DNA of 32,000 nucleotides from Alkalimarinus coralli (GTDB lineage Bacteria > Pseudomonadota > Gammaproteobacteria > Pseudomonadales > Oleiphilaceae), in NCBI RefSeq assembly GCF_023650515.1, contig NZ_CP096016.1, forward strand, positions 523,130 to 555,129, written 5' to 3'. The notes beneath the pieces are model-generated. The model had not been told where the DNA came from and ran no database searches. It saw nothing but the letters and a program-made list of their open reading frames with translations. A program made the position numbers and the translations under genes. Positions 9,269-17,053 of the stretch are shown in pieces; positions within the stretch are counted from its first letter, which is position 1; each line of letters starts with the position of its first letter.

Positions 9269-9615
9269 ATTTTTCTCGCGAGTAACTGTTGGTCATTTAT
9301 TGTTGGGTTGGCGCTGTTGATCTATTAAGCCTATTGCTGTTAACCCTGTAATCGTAGCGGGTTGCGCCTGCTTATAATGGGGTCAAGCGCACAATTATAA
9401 AAATCGCTGTAGCGTTATTCTCTCTATCACTGTTCGATTCGGTTATATGTATCTATTCCTATTCACATACCCAAACTGCCAATATCAGCTATCTTTAATT
9501 CGGTGGTTGTTTATTGATCAATAATAAGTGGCCTGCTTCCGCTGAGGGCCAACTAGTTTAAAGGTCTTCAATGCTGTATTCGTGAGGCTCGCTCAGATAA
9601 TTCAGGGAGAGAGGT

Positions 9616-10551
9616 ATGAGAATAAGCGTTCAGTTATCAGCTATTGTCATCGTTGCGATGTCGATGATTTCTGCACCGGCTGCATTTGCCGGTGGTTATA
9701 CTTCTACAAAATATCCGATTGTATTAGTACATGGCTTTATGGGGTTTAATGAGATTTCGGGGGTCGATTACTTTTACCGTATTCCTGACAACCTAAAAGT
9801 CGGTGGGGCATCGGTGTATGTTGTTAAGCTTTCAGCGTTGAATAGCAACGAAGAACGGGGTGAGCAGCTGGTTAACCAGGTTGAGGAGATCATTGCATTA
9901 TCTGGTGCCAGTAAGGTTAACTTGATTGCACATAGCCAAGGTGGATTGGCGGCCCGGTATGCATCGTCTGTGACCCCTGGCAGCATCGCTTCGGTGACAA
10001 CCATTGGAACGCCAAATGAGGCCACAGGCTTCCCATTGGGAGAGTGGGTTGGGCAAGCGCACCCGCCAGGCAGCGCGCAAGGTAACTTGATTGCCGCCGT
10101 AGTAACGGCTTTGGCCCAGCTGGTCGACAGTTATTCTGGAATGCCCTATCAGCCACAAGACTATGCTGCATTCTTAAGTTCAATGAGTGTGGCATCTCTA
10201 AACCGGTTTAATGCTGATCACCCACAGGCACTGCCTGCGAGCTATTGTCAGCAAGGTGATCACTCTGTGGGTGGAATACGTTATTACTCTTGGAGTGGCG
10301 CGAAAGTCGTCACTAATTTGTTTGACCTTTCAGACTATGCACTGGCCATTGCATCAGGGGTTACCGGAACGGATAGTGATGGTTTGGTTACGCGCTGTGG
10401 CAGCCATTTAGGGCTCGTTATTCGCGATAACTACAGCATGAACCACCTGGATGAGATCAACCATTTATTTGGCTTTTATGGTTTGTTTTCGACTTCACCT
10501 GTGGTCACCTACAGAACCCATGCGAACCGTTTAAAGAATAGCGGCCTCTAG
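9616..10551 (+). CDS. lipA: Secreted triacylglycerol lipase, bacterial family I.1 (Pseudomonas LipA type)
   Basis: SD GGGAGAGAGG precedes ATG 9616, and there is a signal peptide. The protein is colinear with P. aeruginosa LipA as I recall it: TKYPIVLVHG, RGEQLVNQVEEIIALSG, nucleophile elbow NLIAHSQGG, SDGLV (Asp), MNHLDE (His), the Cys pair SYCQQG/TRCGSH, and the C-terminus HANRLKNSGL. Confidence 0.9.
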   Translation: MRISVQLSAIVIVAMSMISAPAAFAGGYTSTKYPIVLVHGFMGFNEISGVDYFYRIPDNLKVGGASVYVVKLSALNSNEERGEQLVNQVEEIIALSGASKVNLIAHSQGGLAARYASSVTPGSIASVTTIGTPNEATGFPLGEWVGQAHPPGSAQGNLIAAVVTALAQLVDSYSGMPYQPQDYAAFLSSMSVASLNRFNADHPQALPASYCQQGDHSVGGIRYYSWSGAKVVTNLFDLSDYALAIASGVTGTDSDGLVTRCGSHLGLVIRDNYSMNHLDEINHLFGFYGLFSTSPVVTYRTHANRLKNSGL

Positions 10552-10553
10552 AA

Positions 10554-10594
10554 TAAGGCTTCGGCCTGTACAGGGTATGCAGGCCGAAGCCTTA
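10554..10594 (+). terminator. Strong hairpin immediately after lipA
   Basis: taaggcttcggcctg (10554-10568) and caggccgaagcctta (10580-10594) form a 15-bp perfect stem with an 11-nt loop. No U-tract follows directly. A second, weaker hairpin (actgtc...gacagt) followed by TTTT lies about 20 nt downstream. Confidence 0.6.
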
Positions 10595-10703
10595 ATGGCA
10601 ATTGTTGGCACTGTCTGTGGCGGTCTGCTGACAGTTTTCGTAATATAGTCTTAAGCGTTTAATGAAATCATAGAGTACTTAATTGTTGTTAATGAGGTGG
10701 TTG

Positions 10704-11222
10704 ATGCGTTTATTGTTGTTGATAATGGTTCATTGGGTGCTGGCGGGGTGTGCTGCGACAGTGGTGTATGACTTTGATGAAACGGCAAATTTTCAGCAAG
10801 GTAAGCAATACCAGTTTGAACAGACGGAAAATGGCGATGTTCAGAGCCTGGATCGAGCGCGCATTCACAAGGCGATAGCGAAACAGTTAAGTTTAAAAGG
10901 GTTTAGTCAGGTCGACAGCGGCGCTGGTTTAACCGTTCGCTATAGAATTGAGGAAGATGTGCGCATTGAGTCTACAGGTGTTTCTTATGGCGTGGGGATG
11001 TCGCGAAGTCATTTGGGGGTTGCAATGCATACACCGGTTCGAGCGCGTGAAATTAAAGAGGGCAAACTGGTGGTAGAAGTGGTCGAAACCGATAACAGCC
11101 GTGTGATCTGGCGAGCGGTATCTCAAAAACGCCTGACTGAACAGATGCGCCCTGAAAAAAGAACCGAGCTGGTGAATGAACTAGTGAAAGAAATGTTTCA
11201 GAACTACCCGCCACAACGATAA
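10704..11222 (+). CDS. DUF4136-type lipoprotein
   Basis: GAGG (10694-10697) precedes ATG 10704. The signal peptide MRLLLLIMVHWVLAGC carries a lipobox. The remainder matches the pattern I associate with DUF4136. The ORF is open from 10683. Confidence 0.6.
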   Translation: MRLLLLIMVHWVLAGCAATVVYDFDETANFQQGKQYQFEQTENGDVQSLDRARIHKAIAKQLSLKGFSQVDSGAGLTVRYRIEEDVRIESTGVSYGVGMSRSHLGVAMHTPVRAREIKEGKLVVEVVETDNSRVIWRAVSQKRLTEQMRPEKRTELVNELVKEMFQNYPPQR

Positions 11223-11406
11223 CAACCTTGTCTTTTGACCTCTTTTTAGGCAAACGTATGGCCTGATAGTGATTTTCCGGCATATGAAACTCCCATGGCG
11301 ATATGGGGGGAATTTTTTTCAATTTTACAACTCCAACGTATTTGTTATTCAGCTGCTATGCTTGAGGTATGACTAACGTAAACAAGAGACCTTTGCAGGG
11401 CGTATA

Positions 11407-12201
11407 GTGACAATATTTGAATGGAAGAGCGAATATGATACTGGTGTCGAAGAAATAGATAACCAGCATAAAGTGCTCGTGAGCCTGATTAACGAACTGG
11501 ATAGTTTGGTGGGGGAGCGGTTTGACCGAGGAGCGGCTGAAGAGGTTTTCAATAAGTTAAAGAGCTATACGGTGTTTCACTTTGCCACTGAGGAAAGTTT
11601 GATGGCCGAGTACCACTATGTTGAACGTGACCTTCATGCCCATCTGTTGCAGCACCGACAGTTTGAAGAGGAAATAGGCTCCGTTCAGCATGACTTCAGC
11701 CAAGTAAGCAGGGAAGACTGCAATGTCATTCTTTCTTACTTGACTAACTGGCTGATCAAGCATATCTGCAAGGTTGACCAGAGGCTTGCGGCCTTTATTC
11801 TTGCCAAAAAACAGGCCGCCTCTCAGTATCCATTGCCTGACGATGATGTTAACCTGCCGGATGACAGTTTGTCGCTGTCTGACAGTTCGCTTCCCAAACG
11901 TAATTTTTGGGGCTTATCCGCCGATGATGAAGAGCAAATTCATAGTCAACTGACTGTAGTGAGAGAACATATAGAAGGCACGGACAAAATGCTGTGTGAG
12001 CTAGAAGTCTGCATTGGTGAATTGAGGGGGCACTGCGACTCGCTGGTAAAATCAGTCCCGAATGAGAGTCAGTCCCAAGTATCCGATGAAGCCTATACAC
12101 ATTGTGTTCAAGGTATCTATTTAGTGAAATCTCTGCAAAATAAACAAACCAAGCTGCGAGAGCTGTTAAATGATATTGAGCTGGGTGACTTTGAAGCCTA
12201 G
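11407..12201 (+). CDS. Bacteriohemerythrin domain protein with a C-terminal extension of about 128 aa of unknown function
   Basis: GTG start. The full set of diiron ligands is present: H21 (IDNQH), H58/E62 (HFATEE), H79-x3-H83 (HLLQH), and H119-x4-D124 (KHICKVD). Confidence 0.75.
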   Translation: MTIFEWKSEYDTGVEEIDNQHKVLVSLINELDSLVGERFDRGAAEEVFNKLKSYTVFHFATEESLMAEYHYVERDLHAHLLQHRQFEEEIGSVQHDFSQVSREDCNVILSYLTNWLIKHICKVDQRLAAFILAKKQAASQYPLPDDDVNLPDDSLSLSDSSLPKRNFWGLSADDEEQIHSQLTVVREHIEGTDKMLCELEVCIGELRGHCDSLVKSVPNESQSQVSDEAYTHCVQGIYLVKSLQNKQTKLRELLNDIELGDFEA

Positions 12202-12239
12202 TTCTTAAATTTAGTTCTTAACTGTCGTTCTTAAATTCA
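12201..12239. repeat. Three tandem copies of a 13-bp unit starting on the hemerythrin stop codon
   Basis: The copies are gttcttaaattta (12201-12213), gttcttaactgtc (12214-12226) and gttcttaaattca (12227-12239). The first G is the last base of the TAG stop. A degenerate fourth copy follows, to about 12255. Confidence 0.85.
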
Positions 12240-12289
12240 GTTTTTGTTAAATTTGACCGTTATATGAGCCATAAACAGAGGATCATCGC

Positions 12290-12559
12290 ATGAACCGTAT
12301 TAACCGAATTTTTACCATGGTGATAACGGGGGCGCTTATATCTGCGTGTAATGCTTCGCCAGAGAAACCGTCGGCAGAAACGCGATGCAAAGATCCGCGC
12401 CCACAAATGTGCACGATGATCTATCAACCTGTTTGTGGCCTGGATGAGGGAGGGCAGTGGCAAACCTACTCCAGTGGCTGCAATGCGTGCTCTCACCCAG
12501 AGGTAGTTGGGTATAATCAGGACGCCTGCAACGTTCCCGAAGTCAAGAAAGGGCAGTAA
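12290..12559 (+). CDS. Kazal-type serine protease inhibitor domain lipoprotein
   Basis: SD AGAGGA lies 7 nt before ATG 12290. The lipobox is LISAC (Cys20). The cysteine spacing C33-x7-C41-x7-C49-x14-C64-x2-C67-x12-C80 and the core CTMIYQPVCG match the Kazal signature. Confidence 0.7.
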   Translation: MNRINRIFTMVITGALISACNASPEKPSAETRCKDPRPQMCTMIYQPVCGLDEGGQWQTYSSGCNACSHPEVVGYNQDACNVPEVKKGQ

Positions 12560-12564
12560 GATCG

Positions 12565-13110
12565 TTGATTGATAAAGAAGTTATCCGCAAACTGATACTG
12601 CAGCAACTGAAGGCCGATTATAAAAATGCAATCAGCTCTGCCTGTGCTGCACACGAGGCCGCTACAAACGAAGAAAGTAAAGCAGAGAACAAGTACGATA
12701 CGAGAGGCCTGGAGGCCTCCTATCTGGCAGAGGGACAATCCCGCAGGGCCGCAGAGTTGGAACAGGACATAACGGCTTATGAGAACCTGGTACTGGTATC
12801 GCTTTCCCAAGACTCAAAAATACGACTCACCGCCACGGTTGTGCTGGAGGATGAGGATGAAAACCAACGAACAGTGTTTATCGGCCCAACTTCTGGCGGC
12901 ATGAAGATTGTTTTGGAAGACAACGCTCATTCTGAGGGTGAACGAATGCCGGGCGACCGTATGTCGTGCAATCGTATTTCAGGGGGCTGCATTGTGGTTA
13001 CACCTAAAGCGCCGCTCGGATCGGCCTTAATAGGCAAACGAGTAGGAGATGATATTGCTTTGGATGCCGGTGGGTGTAGGACTCACTATGAAATTATTGA
13101 TATCTGTTGA
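12565..13110 (+). CDS. GreA/GreB-family (C-terminal domain) transcription factor-like protein
   Basis: The TTG start lies 5 nt after the preceding stop. ENKYDTRGLEASYLAEGQ in the N-terminal coiled coil, and VVTPKAPLGSALIGKRVGDDIAL...YEIIDI at the C-terminus, match the short Gre-like family as I recall it. Confidence 0.6.
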   Translation: MIDKEVIRKLILQQLKADYKNAISSACAAHEAATNEESKAENKYDTRGLEASYLAEGQSRRAAELEQDITAYENLVLVSLSQDSKIRLTATVVLEDEDENQRTVFIGPTSGGMKIVLEDNAHSEGERMPGDRMSCNRISGGCIVVTPKAPLGSALIGKRVGDDIALDAGGCRTHYEIIDIC

Positions 13111-13342
13111 CCCCCCCCTCCTGGTCTCACCCTGTAAAAACTACTCGCTTGAATTTATACCAACCCCTCGTCTAAATAGCCTATTTATGCGATAATACGC
13201 GCCGCAATTTTGTGGCCTTAAACTTTCATTGTCTTATTAGCAGGTTATATCGATTTGTTAATAGGTAAGGTCTCTATCCCGGTTTATTACCATCATCTTG
13301 GCTTTGCCTGAAACGGCAGCCGGCTAATTCTGGACTAAGAAC

Positions 13343-14935
13343 TTGATATCTACAGCTAACATCACCATGCAATTTGGGGTTAAACCTCTTTTTGAAAACG
13401 TATCTGTTAAATTTGGCGAAGGTAACCGATATGGTCTGATTGGCGCCAATGGGTGCGGAAAATCGACCTTTATGAAGATTCTGGGCGGAGATCTGGAGCC
13501 GACTTCCGGAACCGTTGTAACAGACCCGAATGAACGCATCGGTAAGCTACGTCAGGATCAGTTTGCGTTTGAAGAGTTTACTGTGCTTGATACGGTGATT
13601 ATGGGACACAACGAGCTGTGGGAAGTCAAGCAGGAGCGTGACCGAATATACTCATTGGCTGAAATGAGCGAAGACGATGGCATTAAGGTCGCAGAGCTGG
13701 AAGTAGAATTTGCCGAAATGGATGGTTATACCGCAGAGTCCAGAGCAGGAGAACTTCTTCTGGGTGTGGGTATTCCTTTGGAGCAGCACAATGGGCCAAT
13801 GAGTGAAGTGGCACCAGGTTGGAAGCTAAGGGTTCTGCTGGCTCAGGCGCTATTCTCTGCACCTGACATCATGTTGCTCGATGAGCCGACCAACAACCTT
13901 GATATTAATACCATTCGCTGGCTTGAAGGAGTGCTTAACGAGCGCAACTGCACGATGATTATTATATCGCACGATCGACACTTCCTTAACAGTGTCTGCA
14001 CGCACATGGCAGACCTCGATTATGGCGAGCTGCGCCTGTACCCTGGGAACTATGATGAGTATATGACCGCATCCACCCAGGCGCGTGAACGACTGCTTTC
14101 AGACAATGCCAAGAAGAAAGCCCAGATTGCTGAACTGAAAGGGTTTGTGAGCCGTTTTTCTGCCAATGCGTCGAAAGCAAAACAGGCGACCTCAAGGGCA
14201 AAACAGATAGATAAAATCAAGCTCGAAGAAGTTAAACCATCTAGCCGTGTTAACCCGTTTATTCGTTTTGAGCAAGAGAAAAAGCTTCATAGACTGGCGC
14301 TTGAGGCTAATGACCTGAAGAAGAGTTATGACGGTGAAACCCTATTTCAGGGTCTCAAGCTAATGGTTGAGGTTGGTGAAAAAATTGCCATTATTGGCCC
14401 GAACGGCATTGGTAAGACAACACTGCTTAGATCACTGCTAGGTGATATAACGCTTGATTCAGGTGAAGTTAAGTGGTCAGAAAATGCCGTTATCGGAAGC
14501 TATGCACAAGACCATGCAGCAGACTTTGAAGAAGATAAAACGCTGTTCGACTGGATGGGGCAGTGGGGGCAGGAAGGTGATGACGAACAGGTTATCCGCG
14601 GCACTCTTGGCCGTTTGTTATTCTCTCAGGATGATATTAAAAAATCAGTCAAAATAATTTCTGGTGGAGAGCAGGGGCGCATGCTGTTCGGTAAAATGAT
14701 GCTGCAACGTCCGAATATACTGCTGATGGATGAGCCGACCAACCACTTGGATATGGAGTCAATCGAGTCGCTTAACGCTGCGCTGGAAGAGTATCCAGGC
14801 ACGTTACTGTTTGTCAGTCATGACCGTGAATTCGTTTCATCCCTGGCAACACGTATTATCGAATTGACACCTGAAGGAATTGTAGACTTTAATGGTAGTT
14901 ATGAAGACTACTTGAAGAGCCAAGGCGTCGAGTAG
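13343..14935 (+). CDS. ybiT: ABC-F family ATPase YbiT
   Basis: 530 aa, the same length as E. coli YbiT and almost colinear with it as I recall it (...[49 protein letters not shown]...). There are two Walker A motifs ([18 protein letters not shown]). The start is TTG. Confidence 0.92.
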   Translation: MISTANITMQFGVKPLFENVSVKFGEGNRYGLIGANGCGKSTFMKILGGDLEPTSGTVVTDPNERIGKLRQDQFAFEEFTVLDTVIMGHNELWEVKQERDRIYSLAEMSEDDGIKVAELEVEFAEMDGYTAESRAGELLLGVGIPLEQHNGPMSEVAPGWKLRVLLAQALFSAPDIMLLDEPTNNLDINTIRWLEGVLNERNCTMIIISHDRHFLNSVCTHMADLDYGELRLYPGNYDEYMTASTQARERLLSDNAKKKAQIAELKGFVSRFSANASKAKQATSRAKQIDKIKLEEVKPSSRVNPFIRFEQEKKLHRLALEANDLKKSYDGETLFQGLKLMVEVGEKIAIIGPNGIGKTTLLRSLLGDITLDSGEVKWSENAVIGSYAQDHAADFEEDKTLFDWMGQWGQEGDDEQVIRGTLGRLLFSQDDIKKSVKIISGGEQGRMLFGKMMLQRPNILLMDEPTNHLDMESIESLNAALEEYPGTLLFVSHDREFVSSLATRIIELTPEGIVDFNGSYEDYLKSQGVE

Positions 14936-14981
14936 CCTGTTACTGTGTTATAAATACGCTTGAAAGCAAAGGGAGGAAGCT

Positions 14982-15173
14982 ATGAACATGCTGGAAACGG
15001 TTTCGGAGCTTTGCCCTTTGTGCGGTGAACCGATAGAACTGGTGATTGATTGTAGCGTTGTGGAACAACAATACCAGGAAGATTGTCAGGTTTGCTGTGC
15101 CCCGATGCTCATCTCTGTCATGGTTGATGAGCAGGGAATACCTACCGTCGCGCTAAAACCAGAAAATGGTTAA
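14982..15173 (+). CDS. CPXCG-motif cysteine-rich small protein (putative zinc ribbon)
   Basis: Strong SD GGGAGGAA precedes ATG 14982. The motifs are CPLCGEPIE ... EDCQVCCAPM. Confidence 0.7.
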   Translation: MNMLETVSELCPLCGEPIELVIDCSVVEQQYQEDCQVCCAPMLISVMVDEQGIPTVALKPENG

Positions 15174-15208
15174 GCACTAAATGGTTAAGCACTAAATGGT
15201 TAAGCAAT
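15164..15208. repeat. Three tandem copies of a 15-bp unit that repeats the last two codons and the stop of the CPXCG gene
   Basis: aaatggttaagcact occurs at 15164-15178 and 15179-15193, followed by aaatggttaagcaat at 15194-15208. This gives in-frame TAA codons at 15171, 15186 and 15201. Confidence 0.9.
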
Positions 15209-15317
15209 AGTCGCGTATTCAATACGTGTGCAAAGTGCTCGTGTGGTGTGTTGCATCGAGAGATAGCCTTTTGCCACCTCTCGATGTCTCTCGTTAAATG
15301 GTCTAGATGTTTACTGT

Positions 15318-15734
15318 TTAGTGGATAGAGCTAAGCGCTGACCAGTAGTCCATGGCACCTACCAATACAACCAGGTGCTCGCCTAAATCTTCCTGACTTC
15401 TAAGTACATAAGCCGCGACTGCCTGGGCTGTATCGTACATCAGATCCTGCTCATCAGGAGTAAGGGTCTGGTTGCCGCCGGTCAACTCCAGACGACTGTT
15501 TTTAAGGTCAAAGCTGGCCTCTCTTACCTCTCCATCAATACTTACTGTAAAACTCACTTGAGTCTGGCTTTCCAGCGTGCTGCTAAACTTGATGGTATGA
15601 GCATCAGCCTGAAAGGTTCCTGAAAAACCATTCACCGAGCTATTCGCGATACTCAACGAATCACCCGCAAATGCACCTACAGACACCAATGCTGAAATGA
15701 GCCCGGTCGCGATGTAGTTAATTGCTTTTCTCAT
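15318..15734 (-). CDS. Small secreted hypothetical protein
   Basis: AGGA lies 8 nt before ATG 15734; the ORF is open from GTG 15740. The signal peptide is MRKAINYIATGLISALVSVGAFA. I recognise no family. Confidence 0.5.
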   Translation of the reverse strand: MRKAINYIATGLISALVSVGAFAGDSLSIANSSVNGFSGTFQADAHTIKFSSTLESQTQVSFTVSIDGEVREASFDLKNSRLELTGGNQTLTPDEQDLMYDTAQAVAAYVLRSQEDLGEHLVVLVGAMDYWSALSSIH

Positions 15735-15803
15735 AGTCACGTTCCTATCAGGTTAGCTAGTTAAAAATATAGGTCTCTAATAAAATAATGACGCTATATT
15801 AAA

Positions 15804-15836
15804 ACAATTGTTTCAAACAGTCGTTTGAAAAATTGT
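15804..15836. promoter_or_regulatory. Near-perfect 33-bp palindrome in a divergent promoter region (candidate operator)
   Basis: The sequence is ACAATT-g-TTTCAAAC-agtc-GTTTGAAA-AATTGT. It overlaps the self-complementary box aacaattgtt (15803-15812), and a related box aacaatcgtt lies at 15838-15847. Confidence 0.4.
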
Positions 15837-15915
15837 AAACAATCGTTAACTACGCATATGGCCTTGTTATTAATGGATTTTTCGGTATGAGATAAGTTAA
15901 TGGGTGAAATCTTTA

Positions 15916-15935
15916 TGAATACTGACTAGTATTCA
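15916..15935. promoter_or_regulatory. 8-bp inverted repeat 33 nt upstream of the enoyl-CoA hydratase start (candidate operator)
   Basis: The repeat reads tgaatact-gact-agtattca. Confidence 0.35.
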
Positions 15936-15967
15936 GCTCATCTTGAGCAAAAATAGAGAACACTCTA

Positions 15968-16729
15968 ATGTCCGGAGATACAAAACAATTTGAAGATGTG
16001 GTGCTGAACATTGATGCGGGAGTGGCTTACATTACCATCAACCGCCCTGAAAAGCTTAATGCCATTCGCATTCAGACCTATCAGGATATTATTGCTGCAT
16101 TAAAAGAGGCGGACCAAAATGACCAGTGCAATGTGCTGATTGTCAGTGGTGCTGAGGGCAAGTTCACAGCAGGCAATGACTTGGCAGATTTGGTAAGTGG
16201 TCAGGCTGATCAGGTGATGGCGGGGGTTCAAGGCATTTTTGATGCCCTGAGTAGCTTAAACAAACCACTAATCGCCGCAGTGGAAAGTGTTGCAGTGGGA
16301 ATTGGTACCACTCTGTTATTGCACTGCGATATGGTTATTGCGTCTACGGGCACAAAATTCAGAATGCCGTTTGCGAATTTAGGTGTGTCTCCCGAGGGGG
16401 CATCAAGTGCTTTGCTATCCTCTACCATTGGGTCAAAAGCGGCGAGTGAATTGTTGCTGACTGGCCGCTTTTTTAGTGCCGAAGAAGCATCAATGTGGGG
16501 TTTGGTGAATCAGGTGAGTGATAAGGGGCAGGCTATGGAAGTTGCACAAGGCGTTGCCAAGCAATTGCTTAAGCAGCCACTGCCATCGCTGATTGCAACC
16601 AAGGCGGAGCTACGAAAATATTTGCCATACAATGTGAGCGATGTCGTAGCGGCAGAGTTGAAGACGTTTGTGAGGTTGCTTGAGTCAGAAGAGACGCAAG
16701 CACGTATCAATGCCATGGTTAGCCGGTAA
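15968..16729 (+). CDS. Enoyl-CoA hydratase/isomerase (crotonase) family protein
   Basis: Crotonase motifs are present: ITINRPEKLNA, GAEGKFTAGNDL and PLIAAVESVAVGIGTTLLLHCD. Confidence 0.85.
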   Translation: MSGDTKQFEDVVLNIDAGVAYITINRPEKLNAIRIQTYQDIIAALKEADQNDQCNVLIVSGAEGKFTAGNDLADLVSGQADQVMAGVQGIFDALSSLNKPLIAAVESVAVGIGTTLLLHCDMVIASTGTKFRMPFANLGVSPEGASSALLSSTIGSKAASELLLTGRFFSAEEASMWGLVNQVSDKGQAMEVAQGVAKQLLKQPLPSLIATKAELRKYLPYNVSDVVAAELKTFVRLLESEETQARINAMVSR

Positions 16730-16779
16730 CGCGGGTCGAACAGGTAATAAGCACGATGAATGAATAGCCAAATGACCCG

Positions 16780-17001
16780 TTGCACGGCGTCACACTAGAG
16801 CAGATCGTTAATAGATTGGTTGACTATTTTGGTTGGGAAGAGTTGGGGCAGCGAATTAATATTCGCTGTTTTAACTCCGACCCTTCGGTTAAATCAAGCC
16901 TTAAATTCTTGCGAAAAACGCCTTGGGCACGCAAGAAAGTAGAAGAACTCTATATTTCAAAGCACAAAAATATGTCTTTGTGGAAGGGGAGTGATACTTG
17001 A
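16780..17001 (+). CDS. VF530/DUF2132 family small DNA-binding-like protein (start problematic)
   Basis: [57 protein letters not shown] matches the VF530 family pattern as I recall it. The only start after the upstream in-frame TAG (16765-16767) is TTG 16780. Confidence 0.7.
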   Translation: MHGVTLEQIVNRLVDYFGWEELGQRINIRCFNSDPSVKSSLKFLRKTPWARKKVEELYISKHKNMSLWKGSDT

Positions 17002-17053
17002 TTATCTGACCCAGACAAGGAAGGCATAATTCATAGGCGATATTTTCGTTCGT

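Noticed and set aside
9529-9542. A sigma-54-like TGGCCTGCTTCCGC upstream of lipA. P. aeruginosa lipA is RpoN-dependent.
   Set aside because: The GG-to-GC spacing is one nucleotide short of the TGGCAC-N5-TTGC consensus, and the -12 element lacks TTGC. This is not convincing.
13111-13118. A C8 homopolymer immediately after the Gre-like stop codon, and a G7 tract at 22202-22208 upstream of the GIDE-LemA gene, as possible phase-variation switches.
   Set aside because: Both are intergenic. Neither lies inside an ORF or clearly within a -35/-10 spacer. The G7 tract would fall downstream of the best -10 candidate (TATAAAT) on the minus strand. The tracts are short, and nothing in the sequence shows variability.
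15212-15223. The 12-mer cgcgtattcaat is shared between 15212-15223 and 31927-31938.
   Set aside because: A rough estimate gives tens of shared 12-mers by chance in a 32-kb window when both strands are counted. The flanks do not extend the match.
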